A program made the position numbers and the translations under genes. Below, piece by piece: positions 30,917 to 40,199 of a DNA stretch of 54,499 nucleotides. The notes beneath the pieces are model-generated. The model saw only the letters and a program-made list of their open reading frames with translations, did no database searches and was not told where the DNA came from. Positions within the stretch are counted from its first letter, which is position 1, and each line of letters begins with the position of its first letter. The stretch is from Pseudomonadota bacterium (GTDB lineage: Bacteria; Bdellovibrionota_F; JAHFAK01; JBDREC01), in assembly GCA_043820105.1 (NCBI GenBank), contig JBDREC010000042.1:1-54499 (forward strand), written 5' to 3'.

Positions 30917-31603
30917 TTATTTGCTTATTAATTTATTCATTAATTCATTTTTCAAATCCTCAATTGCCTTTGATTGTCTTTCTTTTTCTTTAATTGTTTC
31001 ATCAACTGTCTTTTCACCAGCTGATTTTTCTATTCGAATAAGCTTATCTCCTTCTTGGGATTCTTCTTCTACGCCAGCTATATATATTTCATGTGTTTCC
31101 ATTACAAGTTTTCCGACAGCATCTTTGAACTCTTCGACTACGATTATCATATTCTCACGAACATCTTTAACTTTGCCATAGTTTTTACCAAGAAGATCTC
31201 CTTGAGCCACAACATAGCTTTTACCATCAGGGGCATTAATTAAAGCCTTCGGAACTGCCACGCCCCAAATAATACCACTCAAAGACAGATCTCTCAACTC
31301 ATATCTCGCCAAAGCAGATTCGCCTTCTTTAACAAGCCATTTTTCTGTAGTACCCGCAGCCTGATCATTTCCAATGACAATCTCAAATGGATCTCTTTTT
31401 CCTATAGGGTTAAAGTCATAAAGAGTTTTTAACTCACTTAAAAAGTCGTCAGCATCAACCTCTTGGATTTTTATAGGCTTTTTTTTAATTTCAACTTGCT
31501 CTTCTTTTTCTCCCATAAAAAATTCTAGAACTGAATCAAAAACACTACACCCTGTTAAAAAAATTAAACTAAAACCGATAATTATCAGAATATTTTTTTT
31601 CAT
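30917..31603 (-). CDS. pilP: Pilus assembly lipoprotein PilP
   Basis: Lipobox LTGC, GKRDPF, LSLSGIIWG, APDGKSY and GKNYGKV motifs. Confidence 0.9.
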   Translation of the reverse strand: MKKNILIIIGFSLIFLTGCSVFDSVLEFFMGEKEEQVEIKKKPIKIQEVDADDFLSELKTLYDFNPIGKRDPFEIVIGNDQAAGTTEKWLVKEGESALARYELRDLSLSGIIWGVAVPKALINAPDGKSYVVAQGDLLGKNYGKVKDVRENMIIVVEEFKDAVGKLVMETHEIYIAGVEEESQEGDKLIRIEKSAGEKTVDETIKEKERQSKAIEDLKNELMNKLISK

Positions 31604-31625
31604 TGCTTCTCAATAAATAATTGAA

Positions 31626-32309
31626 TTATTTCCTTCTTCTTCTACTTTTTTTCTCGTCCTCACCTTCACTACTCGTTGATGAATCAGCTTCTTCTGTGCT
31701 TTCTTCTGTGCTTTCTTGGGTGAGCACTTCTTTTTCTTCATTAAATTTATATGCAATAAGCTTACAGCTTGATGACAAAATAGTTTTTCCAAATTCCTTT
31801 TTAGGGCCGGTTAAATTAAAGTCATTTACTTTAATAATTCTTTCTGATCTGCTAACCAAATTAAAAAATGCGGCTATTTCAAAATAAGTTCCCTTAATAT
31901 TAACGTCAATTGGTATGGTAGAATAAAAACCCTGGTCACCTGGAGAGCCAACATCAAATGAATTCATTACAACTTTCGCCTTATTTGCAAGCTGATAAAA
32001 AATTCTAATTAATTCTGGAACATTTGTTTCTTTTGGCAAAAGATTTAATGCTTTTTCAAACTTTCTTTTCTTAATTAAAAGCTCCCCACTATATTCCGCA
32101 TGAAGATTGGCGACTTCTATGCCTTTTTGGATATTGCTGTCTAGTTGAACAATTTCATCATTCTTTTTGTCTATTGAATAAGATTTAGGAAAATAAAAGG
32201 AAACCAAGTAAACTATAAAGATAACAGCACAAATACCAGCGACAATACTCATCCTAAGTGGCGTTGGTACTTTTTCCCAAAATATTAATATCTTTTTTAA
32301 TATTTCCAT
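31626..32309 (-). CDS. pilO: Type IVa pilus protein PilO
   Basis: TM helix plus coiled coil, LLPKETNVPEL, GTYFEIAAFF; operon position. Confidence 0.9.
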   Translation of the reverse strand: MEILKKILIFWEKVPTPLRMSIVAGICAVIFIVYLVSFYFPKSYSIDKKNDEIVQLDSNIQKGIEVANLHAEYSGELLIKKRKFEKALNLLPKETNVPELIRIFYQLANKAKVVMNSFDVGSPGDQGFYSTIPIDVNIKGTYFEIAAFFNLVSRSERIIKVNDFNLTGPKKEFGKTILSSSCKLIAYKFNEEKEVLTQESTEESTEEADSSTSSEGEDEKKSRRRRK

Positions 32310-32312
32310 AAT

Positions 32313-32858
32313 TTATAATTCAACTAATTTTAAACTTATTGAAAATGAAGCTTTTTGCAAAGGATTCTCTTGAATAAAGCCAATACTGTTTAACTTAACC
32401 TCTTTAAAGTAAGGGGCTTGTTTTAATCTTTCTAAAAATTCAGATACATTTACAGGATCCTTGGCTAAGCCATCAAATTTAATGTTATCTCCACTTTTAC
32501 CAAATACTGTAAACCAAACTTCATCAGCACATAAAGAAGAAATTCTTTCTAAAAGCTTAACTGCATCAACCCTGCCCTTTAACAAGGTTCTAGTTGTGTT
32601 CATTTTTGCATCAATCGTCTCTTTTTCAGCTTTTAAGGCATTTACTTGTTCTTTTACCTTATTAACTTCTGCTAATTTCGTTTGGCGTTCTTTTATTACT
32701 TTATCTAATTTTTTCACCCTATAATCAACGCTCATGCTTAAAAAATAACAAATGACACCAACAAGCACTAAGCCAACAGCTAAAAAGATACCATAAACAA
32801 TCAATGATTCAGCAGAATAAATCTCTTTCTTTTCTAAAAGAAGATTAATTTTAATCAT
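32313..32858 (-). CDS. pilN: Type IVa pilus protein PilN
   Basis: N-terminal MIKINLL PilM-binding motif, TM helix, coiled coil. Confidence 0.9.
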   Translation of the reverse strand: MIKINLLLEKKEIYSAESLIVYGIFLAVGLVLVGVICYFLSMSVDYRVKKLDKVIKERQTKLAEVNKVKEQVNALKAEKETIDAKMNTTRTLLKGRVDAVKLLERISSLCADEVWFTVFGKSGDNIKFDGLAKDPVNVSEFLERLKQAPYFKEVKLNSIGFIQENPLQKASFSISLKLVEL

Positions 32859-33928
32859 ACGTTAAGCCCTCTTAAACTTAAACCAGTTGCTGAAGCAAAA
32901 ACAGGTCTCATTTCCTTAATAAACTGCAAGTCAAAATCTCCCTCTGATAAAGTAATTTGCTCAAAAGGATTTAGAATAAAAACGGGCTTATCAATTTCCA
33001 TTGCTAATGCTTCAATAATACCAGATATTTTTGCAGTTCCACCAGAAATATAGATTTTTGAAATATCTACATCTGGATTAGTGGTTGCAAAGTATTCTAC
33101 TGATTTGTGCAATTCCATAGCAAGGTTTTCTGTAGAAGTTCTTAGACTATTTTGGACCTCCGTTGGAATAACAGCTTTTTGCTTTGATTCTTTATTAGAA
33201 TAAACTCTTCCCATTTTCAAAGCTTCTGCTTGTTCAAATGGAATATTTAATTGTTTTTGAATTTCATCAGTAAAAAAATCACCGCCGATATTGATATCAC
33301 GGGTAAAAGATGTGTAACCTCTCTGAAGAATATTTATATTAGTCATTGATGCGCCAAAGTTTGCTAAAACATAAACTTCATCTGAGATTAACTGATAGTT
33401 ATAGGTGAAACAATTTTCTATTGAAAAAACTCCCACATCTACCATAATTGGATTTAAACCAGCGCTAACACAAAGCGAGGTGTAATCATTAATCATATCT
33501 GACTTTGCGGCAACCAAAACAACTTCCATTTGTTCAGCAGCATCATCATAAGGAATAACGTAATAATCAAGATTAACGTCTTTAATATCAAAAGGAATGT
33601 ATTGCTCAGCTTCCCATTTAATAGCCTCATTGAGCTCTTCCTTGGTCATCATCTGCAATGAGATCTTTTTTATAATAACTGAGTTTCCAGAAATGGCGAT
33701 GGCAACATTTTTATCTTTTAGTTTTAATGAAGAATAAAGTTCTCTAATACTTTCCATCAAAGCATTGGAATCCATAATCGCGGACTCAACAATGGCTTGC
33801 CTTGGAATGGGCATCATTCCACAATTTTCAAGGTGAACTCTATCTCCATCTTTTACTAATTTCACTAATTTAATAGAACTTGAACCTATGTCAAGGCCTA
33901 CAACTGATGATTTCTTTTTAAATATCAT
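32855..33928 (-). CDS. pilM: Type IVa pilus protein PilM
   Basis: VGLDIGSSSIK, WEAEQYIPF and ISGGTA actin-like fold motifs. Confidence 0.95.
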   Translation of the reverse strand: MIFKKKSSVVGLDIGSSSIKLVKLVKDGDRVHLENCGMMPIPRQAIVESAIMDSNALMESIRELYSSLKLKDKNVAIAISGNSVIIKKISLQMMTKEELNEAIKWEAEQYIPFDIKDVNLDYYVIPYDDAAEQMEVVLVAAKSDMINDYTSLCVSAGLNPIMVDVGVFSIENCFTYNYQLISDEVYVLANFGASMTNINILQRGYTSFTRDINIGGDFFTDEIQKQLNIPFEQAEALKMGRVYSNKESKQKAVIPTEVQNSLRTSTENLAMELHKSVEYFATTNPDVDISKIYISGGTAKISGIIEALAMEIDKPVFILNPFEQITLSEGDFDLQFIKEMRPVFASATGLSLRGLNV

Positions 33929-33970
33929 ATTATAGTAATTTCATTGTTAAAATAAAAGGCTAAGTATATT

Positions 33971-34210
33971 CTAGTTTGTCTCTTCAAAAAACACTTTGCT
34001 TTTTTCAGTAAGCTTATAGCCAAGTGCTAAAATAATTTTTCTCTTAGTATCCATGCGACAACTCTCGCCACTTTCAATCCTGTCAATAGTTAATGCAGAT
34101 ACTGAAGCCTTGCGAGCAAGTTCAGCTTTACTCATAAGCTGAGCTTCTCTTAAATTTCTAACGTTGTTACCTATAGCCTTTTTGACATCTTTTAATTTTT
34201 TATTTGTCAT
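33971..34210 (-). CDS. XRE-family HTH transcriptional regulator
   Basis: NNVRNLRE...MSKAELARKASVSALTIDRIE; directly upstream of pilM, an arrangement I recall from delta-type pil loci. Confidence 0.85.
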   Translation of the reverse strand: MTNKKLKDVKKAIGNNVRNLREAQLMSKAELARKASVSALTIDRIESGESCRMDTKRKIILALGYKLTEKSKVFFEETN

Positions 34211-34485
34211 TTTTACCTATCTATTTCCCGTAAATAGTCTTTATTAACTATGCATTTTAACTTATCGCTTTCGCCATAGTCAAGCCTTTTATCATATAAT
34301 TTAATATAATTTTAAGTATTTTAATAATAGTTTTATTAAATTAAGCACTAACTATATGTAATTTTTATAAAATATTACTCATTTTTCCCATAAAACAATG
34401 ACAAAAAACACCCCTTCCAAACAGGCAACATCTCATTATTATTGAATGTTTTCAATGAAGGTCTGAATATATAAGGTATTTGGAT

Positions 34486-35058
34486 CTATAATTCAGGAAT
34501 CAAGGAGGAAATTGAAATGTATCTGCTTCTTTGATTTTCTCCGCGCCATATCACTGTAACAACTACGATTTTTTCTCCTGCAATACCTTCATCATAGGGA
34601 AAAGAGTTAGGACAATGCAAATCTGGTGAGGCAGCTTTATCCCGAATACAAACAACATAATATCTTGTATATTTATAAGGACCATTGTCAGGATCTTGAA
34701 TGGCTGTAAGGGCCTTGTAATTAATCTCTTTTTCATACCGAGATGGCCATGTGCCATTATTAGTAATAAGATTTTGCTCAGTGCCAGAAATCCCATCTTT
34801 GGGAATAATTGTTTTTATATCTCCGGTATGCGTAAGGTCTACATCGCTATAAGATAGATACTTAAGCTTGGTTATTTTATTTTCAGCCAAGCTTTTTGCA
34901 ACCGCAGTATCAAAACTGGTCATGTTCGCTTTAATAGAAACAGTTGCAACAGTAAGATATCCAAAAATTCCGACAGATAAAACAAGGAGAGCAACCATAA
35001 TCTCAACTAATGTCAGACCAGATCTGGCTTTAACTATTTTTATTAAGGACATGGACAT
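34486..35058 (-). CDS. Minor prepilin (PilV-like)
   Basis: Prepilin cleavage motif G|LTLVEIMVALLVLSVG. Confidence 0.85.
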   Translation of the reverse strand: MSMSLIKIVKARSGLTLVEIMVALLVLSVGIFGYLTVATVSIKANMTSFDTAVAKSLAENKITKLKYLSYSDVDLTHTGDIKTIIPKDGISGTEQNLITNNGTWPSRYEKEINYKALTAIQDPDNGPYKYTRYYVVCIRDKAASPDLHCPNSFPYDEGIAGEKIVVVTVIWRGENQRSRYISISSLIPEL

Positions 35059-35579
35059 GTAACTATGCCTCCTTCTTTTTCGTCTTCAATTATTACTTGT
35101 CCTCCTTTTCGGAGTGTTATTCCCCTGGTCTTTCCAGTATTAGGATGATAGACTAAAATTTGGCATCTGGTTTTTGAATCATAGTCAGGGCTTTTCAATT
35201 CAATAAAACCGCCAGGGTGAAATGCAAAATCATCATCAAGGATTTGTTGAGCACAGTTAATGCCTCTTACAATTTTTATAGCATCATTGACTGTTCTTTT
35301 ACTACTTTCGGTTAAAGGGTCTCCTCCTGCGGGATTTTCACTCATCACAGTATAAGAAATAAAATCATGAAATTTTAAAAAATGAGTTGTGTTTTTGGTT
35401 CTTGATCCAGACAAGGCATCATTAAGGTCTGCTTCCAATAATTGTAAAGCTTGATTAACCTTATAATAAGGCAGGCGAGTCGTAATAGTAAATGATGCAA
35501 CAAGAGTAATAATACCAATAATTGCAATAGTGACAACAAGTTCTGCCAGGGTAAAGCCTTTTTGTTTTTTATTTTTCAT
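35043..35579 (-). CDS. Minor prepilin (FimT/FimU-like)
   Basis: QKG|FTLAELVVTIAIIGII; likely start ATG 35579. Confidence 0.85.
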   Translation of the reverse strand: MKNKKQKGFTLAELVVTIAIIGIITLVASFTITTRLPYYKVNQALQLLEADLNDALSGSRTKNTTHFLKFHDFISYTVMSENPAGGDPLTESSKRTVNDAIKIVRGINCAQQILDDDFAFHPGGFIELKSPDYDSKTRCQILVYHPNTGKTRGITLRKGGQVIIEDEKEGGIVTCPCP

Positions 35580-35674
35580 AATTTCTTTCAAATATTTTCT
35601 AGACAAAAAATATTACTAAGCAATTACTGGTTTATCAATAAAATTATTTTGAAAAAATATTATGATTTTAGAAT

Positions 35675-36394
35675 TTAGGATTCAGCTTTTAAATTAAATA
35701 AATATTTTTTGAACTTTTCATACTCTTCATTTTTGAGTTTTTCAAAAACAACACCAAACCCTCTTGGCTGCCCTACAAGCTCATCTGTTACAATATGCTT
35801 TACAATTGCTTTTGTTTTTATAAGAAAATCAGCTCCTGGCAAATCAAGCTCAACAGCAATAGAATCCCCAGTTGCAGGCAAGTAGTCTGAAACAATATAG
35901 ATACCTTTTTCTGTAATATTAAAAGAATTCCCAGGATGAATTTCTCCGTTATGTTTAAACTTCAATGAAAAATGCAATATTTGTCTATTATTTAGACGCT
36001 TATTATATTCTTGTGGATAAAGCTTTTGATTAACAGAATACAAAATATCTTCAATCGGTGTACAAGAATATAAAAATGAATTTACATTGAGATCTTTCAG
36101 TGCAGCAATGTCATCTTGCCTCTTATACATTGATGTTACTGCAATGACTGGAATAATAGGTCTTTCTTTTCTAATAATTTGAATCAAATCAAGGCCAATT
36201 AAATAAGGAATGTGCAAATCAACGATATAAAGATCAAAATTAAAATTGTTTTGGCGTAAAATAGCGAGTGCATCTTCGCCATGATTTGCAGTAAAGACTT
36301 TATAGCCAAAGTCTTGTAAAACATCTGAAAGGAATGTGCGGAAGAATTCCTTATCATTAACTAGCAGGATCTTTTTGTTCTGTAATCCTTTCAC
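35675..36394 (-). CDS. Response regulator receiver + PilZ domain protein
   Basis: KILLVND...DLYIVDL receiver with atypical acidic pocket, followed by a PilZ-like RLNNR...NITEKG...GFGVVF domain. Confidence 0.85.
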   Translation of the reverse strand: MKGLQNKKILLVNDKEFFRTFLSDVLQDFGYKVFTANHGEDALAILRQNNFNFDLYIVDLHIPYLIGLDLIQIIRKERPIIPVIAVTSMYKRQDDIAALKDLNVNSFLYSCTPIEDILYSVNQKLYPQEYNKRLNNRQILHFSLKFKHNGEIHPGNSFNITEKGIYIVSDYLPATGDSIAVELDLPGADFLIKTKAIVKHIVTDELVGQPRGFGVVFEKLKNEEYEKFKKYLFNLKAES

Positions 36395-36417
36395 TACCCC
36401 CCCCTTATTATAAATAA

Positions 36418-36445
36418 TAAGTCGTAAGTTGTAAGTTGTAAGTTT
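36418..36445. repeat. Heptamer tandem array (TAAGTYG)x4
   Basis: Reverse-complement variant of the ACTTACS family; followed by complementary ACAACTTACC. Confidence 0.85.
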
Positions 36446-36748
36446 TGTGTTACCAACAACTTACCTTAAATACCCCCTTTATAATATTTAGTATAGCAAA
36501 TTTTATTTATTTTGGGAAGGAAAAAGTGCCCTAGATCACATAATGCAAGCTAGGGCAACGTAATTAATTGTTTTTATTTGTCAATTTAAATTGTGTCTAT
36601 CAAGGCTACTGCGTTTGAATAGATACAATTATTTGAAATATCAGTAAAATGAAATACTTCCAAGATCAATTTCTCTGACTGGATATGTTTTTTGACTTTT
36701 TATTTTTTTATTGCTAGGTGGAATAAGAGAACAAGAATAGGAGTATTA

Positions 36749-38131
36749 ATGCAGACATTACATTCTATTATAACTTGGTACAATGAATATATTGGATCTT
36801 ATGCAATAATGATTCTTTTAGTACCTGCTGGACTTTATTTTACATTTAGATTTGGTTTCATCCAGGTTCGGGGCATTATTCATGCAATTAAAATTACTGC
36901 TGGCAAATATGATAATCCAAATGAAAAAGGTGATGTGTCGCATTTTAAGGCTTTATGCACAGCTTTATCAGCTACAGTCGGCACAGGAAATATTGCAGGA
37001 GTTGCCCTGGCTATTTATTTTGGCGGACCTGGAGCTATTTTTTGGATGTGGGTAACTGGTTTTTTGGGTATGGCAACTAAGTTTACTTCATGTACCTTAG
37101 CTCTTAAATACAGGAAAATAAATGCTGACGGTTCGGTTTCTGGTGGACCGATGTATTATATAAAGGAAGGTCTAAAGCATAGGCTTGGCAAATTCGCAAC
37201 AGTCTTGGCCTTTTTATTTGCTTTTGGTACAATTATTTGTTCCATTGGAACAGGAAACATGGCTCAATCAAACTCAATGGCAGATGCACTTTTTACTAAT
37301 TATGCTATTCCTCACTGGTTATCTGGATTAGTAGTGGCCTTTTTTGTTTTCATGGTCATTGTTGGTGGAATTAAAAAAATAGCAAGTGTAACAAGTTATC
37401 TAGTTCCAATTATGGCTGCTTTTTATATCATGGCCGCACTAACTGTTATATTCCTTAATATTGACAATACTTTTGATGCTTTTGCTTTGATTTTCAGGTC
37501 AGCTTTTTCTGGCCATGCAGCAGCTGGTGGTTTTATTGGTTCAACAATTATGATGACAGCCAGAGCTGGTATCGCCAGAGGACTTTTTTCAAATGAAGCA
37601 GGTCAGGGTTCCGCGCCAATTGCTCATGCTGCAGCTAAAACTCAATTTCCAGTAAGAGAAGGTCTGGTTGCCTTACTTGAACCACTTATTGATACCTTAC
37701 TAATTTGCACAATGACTGCTCTAGTTATTATTTTTACAAACACCTGGGATTCTGGCTTAAAAGGTGTTTCAATGACCATATCTGCCTATTCAACGGGTTT
37801 AGATAAAATAGGAATGGGATATATGGGTGAACACATTGTTGCCATAGGCTTATTTTTATTTGCCTTTTCAACAGCAATTAGTTGGTCATATTATGGAGAT
37901 CGAGCAGCAGAATTTATTTTTGGCCCACAAGCAATAAAACCATATAGAATCATTTATTGTGTTTTTATTTTTTTAGGAGCCATTTTTACAATTGATTTTA
38001 TTTGGGCTTTTGTTGATATGGCAATAACTTTTATGACAATCCCAAATATTATTGCAATTTTATTACTTTCAGGTGTTGTTGCTAAGGAAACAAAAAAATA
38101 CTTTAAAGAAAAAGAATATCTTATAAAATAA
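36749..38131 (+). CDS. Sodium:alanine/glycine symporter (AGCS family)
   Basis: ATVGTGNIAGVA, GGPGAIFWMW, GGPMYYI and RGLFSNEAGQGSAPIAHAAA motifs; AGGAG supports ATG 36749. Confidence 0.93.
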   Translation: MQTLHSIITWYNEYIGSYAIMILLVPAGLYFTFRFGFIQVRGIIHAIKITAGKYDNPNEKGDVSHFKALCTALSATVGTGNIAGVALAIYFGGPGAIFWMWVTGFLGMATKFTSCTLALKYRKINADGSVSGGPMYYIKEGLKHRLGKFATVLAFLFAFGTIICSIGTGNMAQSNSMADALFTNYAIPHWLSGLVVAFFVFMVIVGGIKKIASVTSYLVPIMAAFYIMAALTVIFLNIDNTFDAFALIFRSAFSGHAAAGGFIGSTIMMTARAGIARGLFSNEAGQGSAPIAHAAAKTQFPVREGLVALLEPLIDTLLICTMTALVIIFTNTWDSGLKGVSMTISAYSTGLDKIGMGYMGEHIVAIGLFLFAFSTAISWSYYGDRAAEFIFGPQAIKPYRIIYCVFIFLGAIFTIDFIWAFVDMAITFMTIPNIIAILLLSGVVAKETKKYFKEKEYLIK

Positions 38132-38203
38132 AGCTGTAAGCGTTAAGCTGTAAGCTGTAAGTTTCATATAATCCTTACCACTTACCACTTACCACTTACC
38201 ACT
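38131..38203. repeat. Paired heptamer arrays (AAGCTGT)x~5 and (CTTACCA)x4
   Basis: Read directly; the two tracts fill most of the gap between the symporter stop and the rhomboid start. Confidence 0.9.
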
Positions 38204-38216
38204 AATTGGACAAATC

Positions 38217-38948
38217 ATGCACAATCAAAGACAATTTAGACCGCAAATATCCTTTGGAGGTCCTCTTCAAAAAGGTGTAAAAAAAATTATTATCATTACA
38301 ATTGTTACATACATTATTCAAACCATAGCAGGCTCAATTAATTTACCATTTATTGGATTATTTTCCCTAGTACCGGATTTTGTAAAATCCCAGTATTTTG
38401 TTTGGCAATTATTGACTTATAACTTTCTTCATGGAGGAGTTTTTCATATCCTTATTAATATGCTTGTACTCTACATGTTTGGCAATGAGATTGAGACTGT
38501 CTTTGGACAAAAAAGATTTATAATTTATTATTTATTATGTGGAATTGGAGCTGGAATAATTACAGTAATATTTTCTAGCAATAGCCTTATTCCAGTTGTA
38601 GGGGCCTCTGGAGCCATATATGGCCTATTAATGGCATATGCATTATTATTTCCAAATCGCCAAGTATTGTTTATGATGATATTTCCGATAAAAGTAAAGT
38701 GGATGGTTACTATTTTTATTGCTGTAGAATTTTTTGGAACAATTGAATACTCAAGAGATGGAATCAGCCATGTTTCTCACCTTGGAGGTTTGTTAATTGG
38801 CTTTTTATATTTTTTATTTGTTATAAAAAGGGATGTTATTAAAAGAATCCAAAGAACTTATACTAGCAGAACAGAGAATAAAGACATTTTTCTAGTAAAA
38901 AATGATGAGTATGAAGTTAAGGATGATGATGAGAAGACTTTTCACTAG
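38217..38948 (+). CDS. Rhomboid family intramembrane serine protease
   Basis: WQLLTYNFLH, HILINM, GASGAIYG and SHVSHLGG motifs. Confidence 0.93.
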   Translation: MHNQRQFRPQISFGGPLQKGVKKIIIITIVTYIIQTIAGSINLPFIGLFSLVPDFVKSQYFVWQLLTYNFLHGGVFHILINMLVLYMFGNEIETVFGQKRFIIYYLLCGIGAGIITVIFSSNSLIPVVGASGAIYGLLMAYALLFPNRQVLFMMIFPIKVKWMVTIFIAVEFFGTIEYSRDGISHVSHLGGLLIGFLYFLFVIKRDVIKRIQRTYTSRTENKDIFLVKNDEYEVKDDDEKTFH

Positions 38949-38994
38949 GTTATAGCGTACAGCAAATTGTTTTATTGGTAGCAGAACTAGTCCT

Positions 38995-39030
38995 AGAACG
39001 AGAACTAGAACTAGAACTAGAACTAGTTCT
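38995..39030. repeat. Hexamer tandem array (AGAACT)n ending in the palindrome AGAACTAGTTCT
   Basis: Read directly, downstream of tRNA-Val and the rhomboid gene. Confidence 0.85.
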
Positions 39031-39054
39031 AAATTTTTGTTGCACAAAAATTTA

Positions 39055-39128
39055 TAGGCACGGAGGGATTCGAACCCACGGCCTCCACCGCGTCAGGGTA
39101 GCGCTATAACCAACTTAGCTACGTGCCT
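39055..39128 (-). tRNA. tRNA-Val(GAC)
   Basis: Minus strand AGGCACG...CGTGCCT-A acceptor stem, anticodon arm CTACC-CTGACGC-GGTGG, T-loop TTCGAAT; CCA not encoded. Confidence 0.93.
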
Positions 39129-39233
39129 TTGATAATTAAAAATTCAAAATTCAAAATTTTAAATTAAGAACTACGGATTACATTTAAAAATTTTATGTTT
39201 AAATTGCAAGTTTGAAGTTTTAATTTTTAATTA

Positions 39234-40088
39234 TTATTCAATATTCATAGAAATATCAACAGATGTTGCATGATGAGTTAAGGCTCCAACAGAAATATAA
39301 TCAGCTCCCAAATTAATATAGTCTAAAATATTATCAAACCCAATTCCGCCTGATATTTCAACTTCACAAGATTTGTTTATAATTTTTAAAGCTTTTTTGA
39401 TTAATTTTGGGGACATATTATCTAGCATAATAATATCGGCTTTTGCAAGACATGCTTCTTCAACTTGCTCAAGGGTCTTCGTCTCAACTTCAATCTTCAT
39501 GGACATATTATCACCTGCCCGAACTAAGTCTACTGCCTTTAAAATAGAGCCTGCTGCTTTAATATGATTATCTTTTATCATTATGCCAGATGCTAAATTA
39601 TACCTATGGTTAAAACCACCGCCATCACTAACAGCTTTCTTTTCGAGCATTCTAAAGGCAGGAGTAGTTTTTCTTGTATCTAAAATTTTGGTTTTAGCAG
39701 AACCAATCTTTTTAATATATTTGTTAGTAAGTGTTGCAATTCCAGAGAGTTTTTGAATAAAATTTAAAGCAACTCTTTCTCCCTTTAGTAAATTACTTAT
39801 ATTACCATTAACACTAATTATTTTATCTCCAGTTTTTAATGAATCTCCATCTTTGGCTTGAACTTGAAATTCAAAGTCATCTGCCAGCAAGTCAAAGGTT
39901 CTTTCAAAGGGGATAAGACCCGAAAGAATTAAATCCTCTTTGGCAGTAACAGTTGCTGTTGTAAAAAGATCTGTAGCTTGTGAAAAAATAAGATCTGTGG
40001 TTATGTCACCGCTGCCTATGTCTTCTAATAAAGCCAGCTTAATAAGATCATCTATGTATTTATTCATTTTCATCCTTGTTTCATTCAT
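39234..40088 (-). CDS. nadC: Nicotinate-nucleotide diphosphorylase (carboxylating)
   Basis: EDIGSGDITT, ERVALNF, LDTRKTTP, MIKDNH, IMLDN and ISVGALTH motifs. Confidence 0.96.
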   Translation of the reverse strand: MNETRMKMNKYIDDLIKLALLEDIGSGDITTDLIFSQATDLFTTATVTAKEDLILSGLIPFERTFDLLADDFEFQVQAKDGDSLKTGDKIISVNGNISNLLKGERVALNFIQKLSGIATLTNKYIKKIGSAKTKILDTRKTTPAFRMLEKKAVSDGGGFNHRYNLASGIMIKDNHIKAAGSILKAVDLVRAGDNMSMKIEVETKTLEQVEEACLAKADIIMLDNMSPKLIKKALKIINKSCEVEISGGIGFDNILDYINLGADYISVGALTHHATSVDISMNIE

Positions 40089-40094
40089 TGAGAA

Positions 40095-40170
40095 TTGATT
40101 GTTGATTATTGATTATTGATTATTAATGGGCGTTAAGAAAATAATCAATAATCAATAATTAATAATTAAT
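40095..40170. repeat. Inverted pair of heptamer arrays (TTGATTA)n / (AATAATC)n
   Basis: Read directly between nadC and pmbA; the two tracts are mutually complementary. Confidence 0.88.
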
Positions 40171-40199
40171 GGAAGAATGCCTCATATTAAAAAAACTGA

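Noticed and set aside
30807-31181. 124 aa ORF with TYDLPLT repeats
   Set aside because: It is array translation plus the antisense of pilP.
36480-36748. Glycine riboswitch upstream of the AGCS symporter
   Set aside because: Expected from context, but the conserved GGAGA/CCGAAG/CTCTCAGG elements were not found.
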